DNA from: Heterodontus francisci
Taxonomy: Eukaryota
Direction of reading: 5' to 3'
Length of the DNA stretch: 64,000 bases
Assembly (NCBI RefSeq): GCF_036365525.1
Contig: NC_090385.1
Span: 52,782,581-52,846,580, forward strand
The position numbers were made by a program, and so were the translations under genes. The notes below the pieces were generated by a model. That model had not been told where the DNA came from. It saw nothing but the letters and a program-made list of their open reading frames with translations, and made no database searches. How positions within the stretch are numbered: position 1 is the stretch's first letter; every line of letters begins with the position of its first letter. Below are positions 63,702 to 64,000 of this stretch, in pieces.

Positions 63702-64000
63702 CTCATAGAATCATAGAAAGTTTAAGGCACAGAAAGAGGCCACTTGGCCCATTGTGTCTGTGCTGGCCAAAAAACGATCCACTTATTCTAATCCCACCTT
63801 CCAGCATTTGGTCCGTAGCTCTGCAGTTTACAGCCCTTGAGGTGCATATCCAGACTCCTTTTGAATGAGTTGAGGGTTTCTGCCTCAACTGCCCCTTCAG
63901 GCGGTGAGTTCCAGACCATCACCACCCTCTGGGTGAAAAAGTTTTTCCTCATCTCCCCTTTAATTTTTCTACTAATCACTTTTAAATCTATGCCCCCTTG
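63702..64000 (-). mobile_element. CR1 3' end
   Basis: RKNFFTQRVVMVWNSPP motif; (ATTCTATG)n tail. Confidence 0.88.

Overview
Vertebrate genomic DNA, most likely from a shark or other elasmobranch, judging by the HE1/V-SINE-like, DeuSINE-like, CR1, RTE and Penelope repeats. It contains one 154-N assembly gap. The window holds a complete 11-coding-exon cyclin B3 gene (CCNB3, + strand, CDS 30848-47794, 410 aa) with a CCAAT/CHR-type promoter and a 3' UTR carrying Pumilio and CPE-like motifs. It also holds the first coding exon of an intron-containing mitochondrial methionyl-tRNA synthetase (MARS2, 60771-61092) and a tentative minus-strand spliced transcript (candidate exons near 19732-20170 and 11198-11350). 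The rest is heavily nested transposons: a decayed Gypsy element, a solo LTR, CR1, L2 and RTE LINEs, Penelope elements, SINEs and MITEs. The most notable observations are minimal hammerhead ribozyme motifs in Penelope termini, ~217-bp fold-back inserts that turn around at that hammerhead, a twin-primed RTE inversion, and a MARS2 promoter repeat array split by a 4.6-kb palindromic Penelope composite. All calls come from reading the sequence by eye; no database searches were run.
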